DNA of 64,000 nucleotides from a candidate division TM6 bacterium UASB124 (GTDB lineage Bacteria; Babelota; Babeliae; Babelales; RVW-14): NCBI GenBank assembly GCA_945897315.1, contig CAMDFF010000002.1, positions 23,992 to 87,991 of the forward strand, read 5' to 3'. Shown piece by piece: positions 37,184 to 46,034 of this stretch (position 1 is its first letter; each line of letters starts with the position of its first letter). The notes under the pieces were generated by a model. It saw only the letters and a program-made list of their open reading frames with translations, ran no database searches and was not told where the DNA came from. The position numbers and the translations under genes were made by a program.

Positions 37184-38353
37184 ATGACACTTGTACATCT
37201 TAAAAAGCTAGCGTTAGCGGCTATGCTTGCCTGTTCAGCAGTAGCATCTGTTGTGGCGAAACCAGAACATCTTACAGCTGTTGTTCGTTCACCAAAAGAT
37301 GCGGTAAATTGTGGTATTGGTAGTTTGACATCACAAGAAATGCTGAAGGCAGGGGATCAACCGTTACTTCGTTTTGTTGCTCGTGAAGGTGCTAAGCCGG
37401 TAGCTACAATCGCTGATCCTCGTGAGGACGCATTTTATGTTCTTGAGTTTGGCGTGCACAATGTTGTGCTTGATAAGATATTACCTGCAAAAAAAGCTGT
37501 TGATTTAAAAAATATGATTCCCTTGAGCCATAAAGGTTTCTTTGGATTTGCTAAAAAAATGGTAAAAACATTTCGTGGTAAGAGGAAGCTTGATGCTCCT
37601 ATTGCAGCAGTGATTGAAGATGCAATGTCTGCTGTTGGTCTTTTGAATGTTAAAGATTACCAAGGTACTTTCTTTAAAGATGAATATAGCAATGGCATGC
37701 CGATGGTTATTGTTGTTGATAATGTGAAGCAATTACGTTGCTTGCAAGAGTATTTTATCAAGAATGAGATTGTTGCTCGTAATGTAAAGCCATGGTTGCT
37801 TTTGGAAGTGCTTAAAAATCCTGAAGCTGTTACACAAGCTGATCTCTCTTTCTGGGGTAGCTACTTTGATCTTGTAAAAGCCTCTGATGATGGCGTAGCT
37901 GATACATTGCGTCATGCGTGGGATTTTCGTAATACTACAATCGGCATCGGTAGAAATGGCGGCTATATTGGTAGCACCCTACCAGAAGTTGCATTAGCGA
38001 ATCTTGAAAAGGCTTATGATGACCTTAAGACAGCTGATCTTGCTGTTATGGCAGCCGGCGCTCTTGGTGCTGGTCTGTGGTTGATGACAAAGCAAAAAGC
38101 ACTTAATCATCCTGCTGTGAAGAATTTTGGTATGGTTGAAGTGGTTAATCCTGAAACAGGTGCTAAAACCATGCAAGTGCGGCCTGGTATTACTTCAGCT
38201 GCCGACACAGCTATGACAGTAGCTACATGTGTTGCTGCTGGAGCAATTGCGTATGGTGTTTATCGTCTATGGGTTAACACTGTTGACACCATGGCTCCTG
38301 ATGAAGAGCTCGATGAAGAAGCACATGATGTGAATGAGGCCTTAGCGGCTTAA
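37184..38353 (+). CDS. hypothetical secreted/membrane protein
   Basis: 389 aa. Signal peptide (LALAAMLACSAVASVVA), two C-terminal hydrophobic segments and an acidic tail. A strong terminator follows. Confidence 0.5.
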   Translation: MTLVHLKKLALAAMLACSAVASVVAKPEHLTAVVRSPKDAVNCGIGSLTSQEMLKAGDQPLLRFVAREGAKPVATIADPREDAFYVLEFGVHNVVLDKILPAKKAVDLKNMIPLSHKGFFGFAKKMVKTFRGKRKLDAPIAAVIEDAMSAVGLLNVKDYQGTFFKDEYSNGMPMVIVVDNVKQLRCLQEYFIKNEIVARNVKPWLLLEVLKNPEAVTQADLSFWGSYFDLVKASDDGVADTLRHAWDFRNTTIGIGRNGGYIGSTLPEVALANLEKAYDDLKTADLAVMAAGALGAGLWLMTKQKALNHPAVKNFGMVEVVNPETGAKTMQVRPGITSAADTAMTVATCVAAGAIAYGVYRLWVNTVDTMAPDEELDEEAHDVNEALAA

Positions 38354-38388
38354 GCTTGATGTAGCTTGTTAGTGGTAATTAATGTATG

Positions 38389-38421
38389 AAAAAAGCCCTC
38401 GGAATTTCCGAGGGCTTTTTT
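38389..38421. terminator. bidirectional rho-independent terminator
   Basis: aaaaaAGCCCTCGG-aattt-CCGAGGGCTttttt. The stem is perfect. Confidence 0.8.
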
Positions 38422-38426
38422 CTGCG

Positions 38427-39170
38427 CTAGTAATATTTTCTAAGAGTTGCTGCGACAATGGTTAAGCTGCCAAGGCACGCCACCAAGCGCATACAGCAGT
38501 TTAATTGTTGTGTCTGGTATCGAATTTGTTCTCTTTCTTGAGCGTTGCAGATAGCTCCTTCTTGCTGTAGTAGATACACAGTTTCTAAGTCTCCTGCATC
38601 AAGTGCATAGGTAATTGCTGCGTTTCCGAAATGATTGCGATAGTTGATGTCATCCGGTCTTGCGCGTGCAATTCTTCGAATTAGTTCACGACTACCATCC
38701 CTGACTGCAAGCATAAAAAATGTTATATTTTCTACTTCTTCTATCTCAGGAACTAACCCACGAGTTATCCTTTGTGCCGTTGCATTGATGTTAAAATTTC
38801 TTGCGGGATGCAATATTGCATCAAGAAGGGCGAGATCATCGCCGCTGATAGCGCGGTGCATGAATGGCTCAAGTATAGCTTGTTGTTCTTCTTCTTCCAC
38901 TGTCATTTGTTGTTGTGCGCCTATGCCATGTCTGCACAGAGGGCATGTTGGAGAACGCTGTAACCATGCTGTGAGGCATGTGCGGTGAAAGCGATGATTG
39001 CAGGATGTTGTCGTTTGCTCTTCACCGGTTACGTACGGGTCACGACAAATGGAGCATGGTTCTGCTTCTGTAGCTGGTAGTGAGTCATTGGCTGGTGCGC
39101 TAGCAAAGCTGCTTGCAGGAATTAAAGTTGGTATGAGTATGAACAAGAGTACTTGCAATAGACGTTTCAT
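38427..39170 (-). CDS. eukaryote-like RING-H2 zinc-finger + ankyrin-repeat protein with N-terminal signal peptide and C-terminal hydrophobic tail
   Basis: CSIC-x14-CNH-x2-H-x2-C-x10-C-x2-C (CSICRDPYVTGEEQTTTSCNHRFHRTCLTAWLQRSPTCPLCRH). ANK-like repeats follow (NHFGNAAITYALDAGDLETVYLLQQEGA). Confidence 0.8.
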   Translation of the reverse strand: MKRLLQVLLFILIPTLIPASSFASAPANDSLPATEAEPCSICRDPYVTGEEQTTTSCNHRFHRTCLTAWLQRSPTCPLCRHGIGAQQQMTVEEEEQQAILEPFMHRAISGDDLALLDAILHPARNFNINATAQRITRGLVPEIEEVENITFFMLAVRDGSRELIRRIARARPDDINYRNHFGNAAITYALDAGDLETVYLLQQEGAICNAQEREQIRYQTQQLNCCMRLVACLGSLTIVAATLRKYY

Positions 39171-39375
39171 AAAAGCAGCCTTTCAATCAAGATGTTGTTG
39201 TGTTATGGACTTCCTGTATTTTAAATACATTTTAATAGTAGTTTTATAATTATACATATTTTTATTAAAAATGCAATCTGAACTAAAATTTAAAAAATAA
39301 GAAAAATTCTATCTCGTGAGTCTAAGGACTGTGAGCCATGGTAACTCATGTTGTTATTGGTTACGGGGACAAAAT

Positions 39376-40737
39376 CTACTCAGAGGCGATAAGTGTCTCT
39401 ATAGCCATTAGCACTTCTGGTCGGGAGTCTAATAGTGGTTTTGCTATGGCATAGAGTGGGTAGCTGTGGATGTTGTCGCGTACGCTGTACGGATGGGTAG
39501 AAAAACGGATGCCAAGTGGCGTTTTGGTATGCTCTTCTAAAAACAACTGCATACTTTGTAGTCGGTGGCTGCCGCCGGCCTTGACTTCAATTGGTATGAT
39601 TGCTTGATTGAGTTGGATTACATAGTCAACTTCGGCTTCTCGTGACTGGCCAAACCGGTGCCAATAAAACAGTTGTTCTTGTTGTGTCGGATCGCTGTAG
39701 GCAAGTAGCTCTTGTCCAGCGAATGCTTCAGCAAGAGTACCACTGTTACTAAATGCCTGGTTAGGATCAATAAGCCAACCGGAGAGGTCATTTTTAAGTA
39801 ACGTTTGGCAAAGACCAACATCCATGAAAATAAGTTTAAATGTATCAAGAAATGCATGCGCACCAAGAGGGGCGCCTTGTGCGCCGCTGCGAAATACTTT
39901 GTGGAGGAGCCCTGCTTTTTCTAGGAGCTCTATCGCCGGTTCTAGCTCACGCTTTTTATATTCGCCTACACGTGCAAACATGAATTTGCCTCCCAATTGA
40001 TTGAGAGCATGCTGCAAGATAAGTTCTAGGTATTTGATTTGGTGTTTTTTTGCATATTTACCAAAATCTTGGCGATAGGTAAAAATAAGATCTTCATGGA
40101 TGGATCTAACTGCATATGATGTCTTTTCTTCTAGCCATGTGGCCACGGTGCTTGGCATGCCGCCAATAGCTAAATAAAGCCCTACAAATGATAGTAGCTT
40201 TTCATGCAGCGGTTTATTGATAGGATCAGGATTATGAGACGTTTGCCGTAGAATCATACTCACCAATCCAGTATGGCCAAGTGCTGTCATGAACTCTAAA
40301 AAAGACAGTGGATATATACGAAGAAAAGTAACGCGTCCAACGGGGACGCTGATTTGTTCTAAGGCAAAATCGAGCAATGATCCAGCTGCAATTACATGAA
40401 GTCCTGGGCGTTGTTCGTAAAAATAACGCAAGGCGGTGATGGCTTGTGGGACATGCTGAACTTCATCAAAAAATAATAATGTTTGAGCGGGAAGAATAGG
40501 TTGATTTAATGCTTCTCCCAGCTTTAGCATAATCACTTCAATGTCGAGCGTGGAAGCTAGAATAGTACGTGCTATCTCATTAGTTTCTAGGTTGATTTCT
40601 ACAAATGAGCTAAACGTTTTTCCCAATTGGCGTACGGCGTAGGTTTTACCGACCTGGCGGGCACCACGCAGGATGAGTGGCTTGGGTGTTTTTGCTGATT
40701 TCCATGTGAGTAAAAAATGGTCGACAATGCGTTTCAT
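39376..40737 (-). CDS. AAA_14/DUF4143-type ATPase (second copy of this architecture in the window)
   Basis: Walker A is LRGARQVGKTY and Walker B is LLFFDEVQ. I prefer ATG 40737 (MKRIVDHF) over the TTG at 40761. Confidence 0.75.
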   Translation of the reverse strand: MKRIVDHFLLTWKSAKTPKPLILRGARQVGKTYAVRQLGKTFSSFVEINLETNEIARTILASTLDIEVIMLKLGEALNQPILPAQTLLFFDEVQHVPQAITALRYFYEQRPGLHVIAAGSLLDFALEQISVPVGRVTFLRIYPLSFLEFMTALGHTGLVSMILRQTSHNPDPINKPLHEKLLSFVGLYLAIGGMPSTVATWLEEKTSYAVRSIHEDLIFTYRQDFGKYAKKHQIKYLELILQHALNQLGGKFMFARVGEYKKRELEPAIELLEKAGLLHKVFRSGAQGAPLGAHAFLDTFKLIFMDVGLCQTLLKNDLSGWLIDPNQAFSNSGTLAEAFAGQELLAYSDPTQQEQLFYWHRFGQSREAEVDYVIQLNQAIIPIEVKAGGSHRLQSMQLFLEEHTKTPLGIRFSTHPYSVRDNIHSYPLYAIAKPLLDSRPEVLMAIETLIASE

Positions 40738-40750
40738 AGATTTTAGCCTT

Positions 40751-40866
40751 AAAATGTACAAAAATAGGATCTAAGATTTACTATCTATGTATAAAAAACA
40801 AACCTACTTGTTGTCAATAATGTACAAAAAGGGGGGCTAATCTGGTGGAAAATGTACAAAATAGGA
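40751..40866. promoter_or_regulatory. three direct repeats of AATGTACAAAA upstream of the ATPase gene
   Basis: aaaatgtacaaaaatagga at 40751..40769, aatgtacaaaaa at 40819..40830, and aaaatgtacaaaatagga at 40849..40866. The outer two copies are near-identical 18-19-mers. Confidence 0.45.
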
Positions 40867-40939
40867 GCTCATTGCAGTAGGCATTCGCCTGCTTTGGCTA
40901 CTGCGACCACACCACCTACAGTAACTACTCCAGTTGCGA

Positions 40940-41266
40940 CTAGGATGCCGCTTTGGTAGATGAAATAGCTAATAAAAACCATGTTTTGAGCTGTTCTTGG
41001 TCATCCAGTACGTCTGCCGGCACCTTCCAGTAGGAAAGTGCAACGAGTTTTTCGTTTCTTTGATAGGTGAAAGGCTGCGATCCAGCTTGTTCAAAATAGA
41101 CGGCAGTCTTTTTGTTTGCTTTAAAATAAAGCTCATCGTCAACAATAAGGCCCATCATAACGGCATGGGCATATACGCCATAGCCCCCAAACATGCGGCG
41201 AAGTTTAATAAGGCCAAAAGGCGAGAGTAAATCTTGAACGTAATCCGCAAAAGAATGAGAGCTCAT
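40940..41266 (-). CDS. TfoX N-terminal-domain protein
   Basis: 108 aa. RRMFGGYGVYAHAVMMGLIVDDELYFK is the TfoX_N core. Confidence 0.65.
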   Translation of the reverse strand: MSSHSFADYVQDLLSPFGLIKLRRMFGGYGVYAHAVMMGLIVDDELYFKANKKTAVYFEQAGSQPFTYQRNEKLVALSYWKVPADVLDDQEQLKTWFLLAISSTKAAS

Positions 41267-41283
41267 GATGACATTCTTAGTGT

Positions 41284-42021
41284 TTAGAAGCGTTTAAATA
41301 AAGCTAAAAATTCTTTATTGCCTGATGCAGCACCAAGAATTGGGGAGTCAATAATCCCTTGCATTTCAAAGCCACATCGTTCAAAGCCATCTTTTATTTT
41401 GGCAATAACCGCTTCATGTACCGCGGGGTTAGAGACCAAGCCACCACGGCCGATATCTTTTCGATCAGCTTCAAATTGGGGCTTAATCAGTGCAATAATA
41501 TGTCCGTCAGGTTTAATAAATGTATCAACACGTTCAATAATTTTTAAAAGAGAGATGAAAGAGAGGTCAAGCGTTGCAAGGTCAATCATCTCTGGTAGCG
41601 ACGGTAATAATCGCAAATTTGTTTTTTCTAGGAGCTTAACGCGAGGATTAGTACTTACTTTTTCATGCACTTGGTTGTAGCCAACGTCAACACCATAAAT
41701 ACGTTTTGCCCCGCGTTGAAGTAAACAATCACTAAATCCACCCGTAGAAATTCCAGCGTCCATGCAGATAAAATCAGTGACATCAAGCTTAAATTCATCA
41801 AGAGCAGCTTCTAACTTGAAGCCAGCACGGCTTACAAACTTTGGCTGCTCTTGATCTAATGTTACGAGGATGTCGTCATAAAATTGTGCCCCTGCTTTGC
41901 TTACGATGACGCCTTCAATGCTTACTTTGCCTTGCATAATAAAGCTTTGAATTTGATTGCGGCTGAGGTGTGGGTGCTGTGCTAAAGCAAGCGTATCGAG
42001 TCGTTTTTTGTCTTTTTTCAT
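41284..42021 (-). CDS. tlyA: TlyA-family rRNA 2'-O-methyltransferase (S4 + FtsJ-like domains)
   Basis: RLDTLALAQHPHLSRNQIQSFIMQGKVSIEG (S4 domain), then CMDAGISTGGFSDCLLQRGAKRIYGVDVGYNQ and LDLSFISL. Confidence 0.85.
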   Translation of the reverse strand: MKKDKKRLDTLALAQHPHLSRNQIQSFIMQGKVSIEGVIVSKAGAQFYDDILVTLDQEQPKFVSRAGFKLEAALDEFKLDVTDFICMDAGISTGGFSDCLLQRGAKRIYGVDVGYNQVHEKVSTNPRVKLLEKTNLRLLPSLPEMIDLATLDLSFISLLKIIERVDTFIKPDGHIIALIKPQFEADRKDIGRGGLVSNPAVHEAVIAKIKDGFERCGFEMQGIIDSPILGAASGNKEFLALFKRF

Positions 42022-42035
42022 CTGGGAGCTATAGC

Positions 42036-43682
42036 TTATTTTAAAGGTTTTTTAGCGGATATATTACGGGTATCAAGCATGGTGACTAACGGTGATTTCT
42101 TAAAGAAGTAGCGCATGCTAAGCATATCCTCTTCCCGTACAATTTTATCAACAGAGAGAACAGCATAAAAATTGTCGTCAGTGCGTAGGGTGATATAGCG
42201 TGTTTTAATACTTTCTTTAATGGCATTACGAAAATCTGCCAGGCTCTTTACTTTGATACCATTTACTTGTTCAATAATTTCACCAGGGCTTAAAATGCGC
42301 GCTTTAAATGCCTGAGAGTTTGGTAGTATGTTCGTTACAATAAGCGCTGGCTCGTGCTGTTGTTCAATTTTTCCAAAGCGCACTAAGTCAGGAGCAATGT
42401 TTTTAAGCATCAATACGTGATTAATCGTAAGAGGCATAATGACCATCCCAGCAAGAACTTCATACTCAATTGCTTCAGCTTCAAATTCTGGGTAGATCAT
42501 GCGAATTGGTGGTAAAAATTTAGGTTCAAACTTGAAATGAAACTCTTTACGCTCGCCTTTTCGAAAGATAGTAAATGTTAGAGGGTCCCCAACATTAAGT
42601 CTATTGAGAAATTCAAACAGTGATGCTTTATCTTCACTCCATGGCACATCAAGATCGCCGTACATATCGATGCGATATCCATTGATTTCGTAGAGCATAT
42701 CTTCTTCTTTGATGCCGACACTTTCAAAAAGTGTGCCCTTAAATACTTTTGCGATGTACCAGCCGCCATCACCGGGGTTTTTAAGATAGTTTACCATTTC
42801 TGGGGTCGCTGCCGTGAAGAGGCATCCCAGAGTGGGCTTGCGTAATAATTTGACACTTGGAAGATCTTTTAATGCGCTTTTGACTTCATTAATGGGGATA
42901 ATGTATCCAACATTTTGTGCTCCTGGTACACCGCAAGAGTTTATACCGATAACTTCTCCTGCCGTATTGAGCGCAGGGCCCCCGGAATTACCCGGATTAA
43001 TTGGTGCAGTAATTTGAATAAACCCTGAATTGCCAAGACGCTCACGGCCGCTCACGATGCCTAGCGTGCTTTTTAAGCGGCTTTGACCAAGTGGATAGCC
43101 GATGGCAAGAACTTCTTGTGATCGCAAAATATTGTCGGAGTCTCCAAGCGACAGATAGGGGATTTTACCAATTTTAGCTTTGATTTTTTCTTGTGCTTCG
43201 GCAGTAACGCGGAGCAGCGCAATATCACGCTCTGGTGCGACGCCAATAATTTCAACATCAAAACGTTCAAGACCAAATGACGGGATCTGAATTTCAACGC
43301 TACTTGCTTGGGCAACTACGTGATAGTTTGAAACAATATCACCCTGGTCGTTAACAAAAAAACCACTGCCGGCACCTTCGCGTTGCTCTGGCGTTTTGTA
43401 TGGTTCAAGTAAATTGAATTCCGAGACGTGTGAGAATATCTGTACTACGGTATCCTTTACTTTTTTTTGTACATTCAGCCAGGTATTGCGCAGTTCAACG
43501 GGGGCTATGGGTTGTTGTTCACTATGTTTAGAGTGGTGGTGCGCTTTGCCAAGAACTTCCAGTTGAGCAGAAATACTTGATTGATGTTTAACAAGCAAAA
43601 GGCCTGTTCCCAGAGCACAGATAGAGAATATTAGTGATACACTGACAAAAATTTTCTTTGAGATATCGTTCATTGCAAGCAT
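42036..43682 (-). CDS. HtrA/DegP-like serine protease with PDZ-type C-terminal region
   Basis: Catalytic triad context SNYHVV / DIALLRV / GNSGGPALN. I moved the start to the Met after the pssA stop. Confidence 0.8.
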   Translation of the reverse strand: MLAMNDISKKIFVSVSLIFSICALGTGLLLVKHQSSISAQLEVLGKAHHHSKHSEQQPIAPVELRNTWLNVQKKVKDTVVQIFSHVSEFNLLEPYKTPEQREGAGSGFFVNDQGDIVSNYHVVAQASSVEIQIPSFGLERFDVEIIGVAPERDIALLRVTAEAQEKIKAKIGKIPYLSLGDSDNILRSQEVLAIGYPLGQSRLKSTLGIVSGRERLGNSGFIQITAPINPGNSGGPALNTAGEVIGINSCGVPGAQNVGYIIPINEVKSALKDLPSVKLLRKPTLGCLFTAATPEMVNYLKNPGDGGWYIAKVFKGTLFESVGIKEEDMLYEINGYRIDMYGDLDVPWSEDKASLFEFLNRLNVGDPLTFTIFRKGERKEFHFKFEPKFLPPIRMIYPEFEAEAIEYEVLAGMVIMPLTINHVLMLKNIAPDLVRFGKIEQQHEPALIVTNILPNSQAFKARILSPGEIIEQVNGIKVKSLADFRNAIKESIKTRYITLRTDDNFYAVLSVDKIVREEDMLSMRYFFKKSPLVTMLDTRNISAKKPLK

Positions 43683-43719
43683 CCTTTTTTTGCGTGGCGA
43701 AATTTCAGTGTACCAAAAA

Positions 43720-44508
43720 TTAATTTTTTGGGGTATGGAATTTAACCAATAATATGCGTATAAAAGTGTAAGCAAAATAAGAGATAAAACCGGCGAGAAG
43801 AACATTGATGAGACCCATGGTGATCATGAAGGCAAATGAGATACTAGCAAAGATGCCATAGGTGCTGCGAGAGACTTGTTTGAAGGTGGGGAATGGAATT
43901 GTGCTGATCATGAGCTTGGCAAGAAATAAAACTATTATGATTAACAGACCACAGGCGCCGGTAGTGAAATAGTACTGTTGCGATGCAATGGTGATAGTTG
44001 CGAGGAAGCAAGCTGCGACGGTAGTTGTCACGCCAATAGAGTATACGGTTTGTTGCTCGTGAGTGACATTAAATCGTGCTAGTCGAACGATCCCCGCGAA
44101 GAGAAAAGCTGCACATGCAATAAAGCCTAAGATTCCGATCGTGTGTAGCTGCCAAAAATACATAAGCAAGCTTGGGGCCAAGCAAAATGAAACCGCATCA
44201 CACAGCGAATCAAGCTGTGTGCCAAAATCGCTGGTTACTTTCATGTAGCGCGCAATACGACCGTCAAGCCCATCCATCAGCGCGCCTAAGAGAATAAAGT
44301 AAGCTGCCGCAACAATGTTATTGTTTGCAGCAAAAACAATGGAAGCGAATCCAAAAAATGCATTCCCAAGTGTGAAGAGATTTGGAATAATGCGTAACCC
44401 GCGTTGCAAACGATGACGACTGAACCGTAAGCGCAGTCGTCTTCTATGACGAGATAGCTTGCTATCGAGCTTGGTTACAAATCCCATATTATGATCCTCT
44501 GTTACCAT
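43720..44508 (-). CDS. pssA: CDP-diacylglycerol--serine O-phosphatidyltransferase (CDP-alcohol phosphatidyltransferase family)
   Basis: DGLDGRIARYMKVTSDFGTQLDSLCD is the DG-x2-AR-x8-G-x3-D-x3-D motif. The protein is polytopic. Confidence 0.75.
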   Translation of the reverse strand: MVTEDHNMGFVTKLDSKLSRHRRRLRLRFSRHRLQRGLRIIPNLFTLGNAFFGFASIVFAANNNIVAAAYFILLGALMDGLDGRIARYMKVTSDFGTQLDSLCDAVSFCLAPSLLMYFWQLHTIGILGFIACAAFLFAGIVRLARFNVTHEQQTVYSIGVTTTVAACFLATITIASQQYYFTTGACGLLIIIVLFLAKLMISTIPFPTFKQVSRSTYGIFASISFAFMITMGLINVLLAGFISYFAYTFIRILLVKFHTPKN

Positions 44509-44599
44509 TCACACTGTTTTTGTCCACTCATGTATTGGTTTATCTTAGTAATATGAGAGAAAAAAGAAGAAAACCAGACAGAGTGGACATATTAAAAGA

Positions 44600-45106
44600 C
44601 TATTTCGCTACGCTTACGCGTGCGTACTTAATTACTTTACCCTTAAGGGCGTAGCCTTTTTCAAGAACTTGAACTATGTCGCCGCTTTTGTGTTGCGGGC
44701 TATCAATGTGCATAAGTGCTTCGTGAAGCATAGGGTCAAAGGTGTCTGTATTAGCGATCTCTTCAACTCCCAGATCAGCAAGTTTTTTTTTGGCATTTTT
44801 TAAAATGAGGACAAATCCTTCTAGCCATGTTTCTTGTACTCCGTTGCTCTGCGCAGAAGTAACAGCACGATCTAGGTCGTCAATAATCGGAAGCAAGCGT
44901 TCTATCGCATCTGCTTGTAAGCCATGCGCCAAATCAGTGCGTTCACGATCAATGCGCTTTCTAAAATTTTGGAAATCAGCGTTTGTCCGCAAATACAGCT
45001 CTTTGTAGTTAGGCTCGACTGGAGTAATCGTGTCTTCAGAGTCTACAAGTGTTTGCTGTGCTGGATCTTGGTTTGCTGGTGGTGGCGTTGTTTCATCAAT
45101 AATCAT
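44600..45106 (-). CDS. grpE: nucleotide exchange factor GrpE
   Basis: 168 aa. YLRTNADFQNFRKRIDRE, LLPIIDDLDRA, and a C-terminal beta domain GYALKGKVIKYARVSV. Confidence 0.85.
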   Translation of the reverse strand: MIIDETTPPPANQDPAQQTLVDSEDTITPVEPNYKELYLRTNADFQNFRKRIDRERTDLAHGLQADAIERLLPIIDDLDRAVTSAQSNGVQETWLEGFVLILKNAKKKLADLGVEEIANTDTFDPMLHEALMHIDSPQHKSGDIVQVLEKGYALKGKVIKYARVSVAK

Positions 45107-45227
45107 AAGTATTCATCTAAAGCAAAAATGATTGAACTATAGGCAACATTCTGTCGGGTAGTATAGCATAAAAATAAGCAAGCAAAAACTATCAATTGAC
45201 TAAGAATCATGTCTGATTGTCAATTGA

Positions 45228-46034
45228 TTACAGAGGTTTCTTTACGAGTTCAATCATCATAAACCAGCCGCAGCGTTGCCATCCCACCACGCAAGCTAGG
45301 GTGTACGCCAGCCATTGAAACGGTTTAGCTTTGTAATAGAGGAGATCGTGTTTTGTTGCGGGAGCACTTAAGTGCTTAATAGTAACGGGCTGTGAAGCTA
45401 AAAGTTTTTTGATTTCGCTAAAAGTAAACGCTTGAGTACCAAGGCTTTCTTGGTGGTGGTAGAGAACCTTTCTGAATGACTTAAAGGGCTTTCCTTTCAG
45501 AAGTGCATGCGTTAGATATTGGTACAAGGCAAAAAGTGAGTTGCGATTGTAAATCATCAGTTTGATAGTGCCCCCTGGTTTTGCAACTCGAATGAGCTCC
45601 CGTAGTGCTTGCTCGGTATTTGGGGAATGATGAATAACACCCCAAGAATAAACGAGATCAAACATATTTTTTTCATACGGTATAGCCTCTGCATCACCAA
45701 TACAGAGCTCTTTTGCTGCAAGGTCATAGAGCATTAATCGATGGTGTACATGTGCAATAGCCTCTTCCGTTAGGTCAATTCCGTAGGCTTGTGCTCCAGC
45801 GCGAATCCATTGTAAAAAATCAGTACCAGCGCCAACGCCGACTTCAAGAATACGCTTACCATGAAAGCGTGTAAATTGGGCAAATGCAAAAATCTCTGGC
45901 TCTGTGGCATACCGAAATGTCTCAATTGCTTCGAAATATTCTTTAGAGAACTTTTTTAAATTAATAAATTCAGTTCCACATGCTGCAATATTCCAGTATT
46001 TCTTTACCTCTTGTTTAAGAGCCAAGGGGTTCAT
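45228..46034 (-). CDS. class I SAM-dependent methyltransferase
   Basis: Motif I is ILEVGVGAGTD. Post-I and motif II are FDLVYSWGVIHH. Confidence 0.75.
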   Translation of the reverse strand: MNPLALKQEVKKYWNIAACGTEFINLKKFSKEYFEAIETFRYATEPEIFAFAQFTRFHGKRILEVGVGAGTDFLQWIRAGAQAYGIDLTEEAIAHVHHRLMLYDLAAKELCIGDAEAIPYEKNMFDLVYSWGVIHHSPNTEQALRELIRVAKPGGTIKLMIYNRNSLFALYQYLTHALLKGKPFKSFRKVLYHHQESLGTQAFTFSEIKKLLASQPVTIKHLSAPATKHDLLYYKAKPFQWLAYTLACVVGWQRCGWFMMIELVKKPL

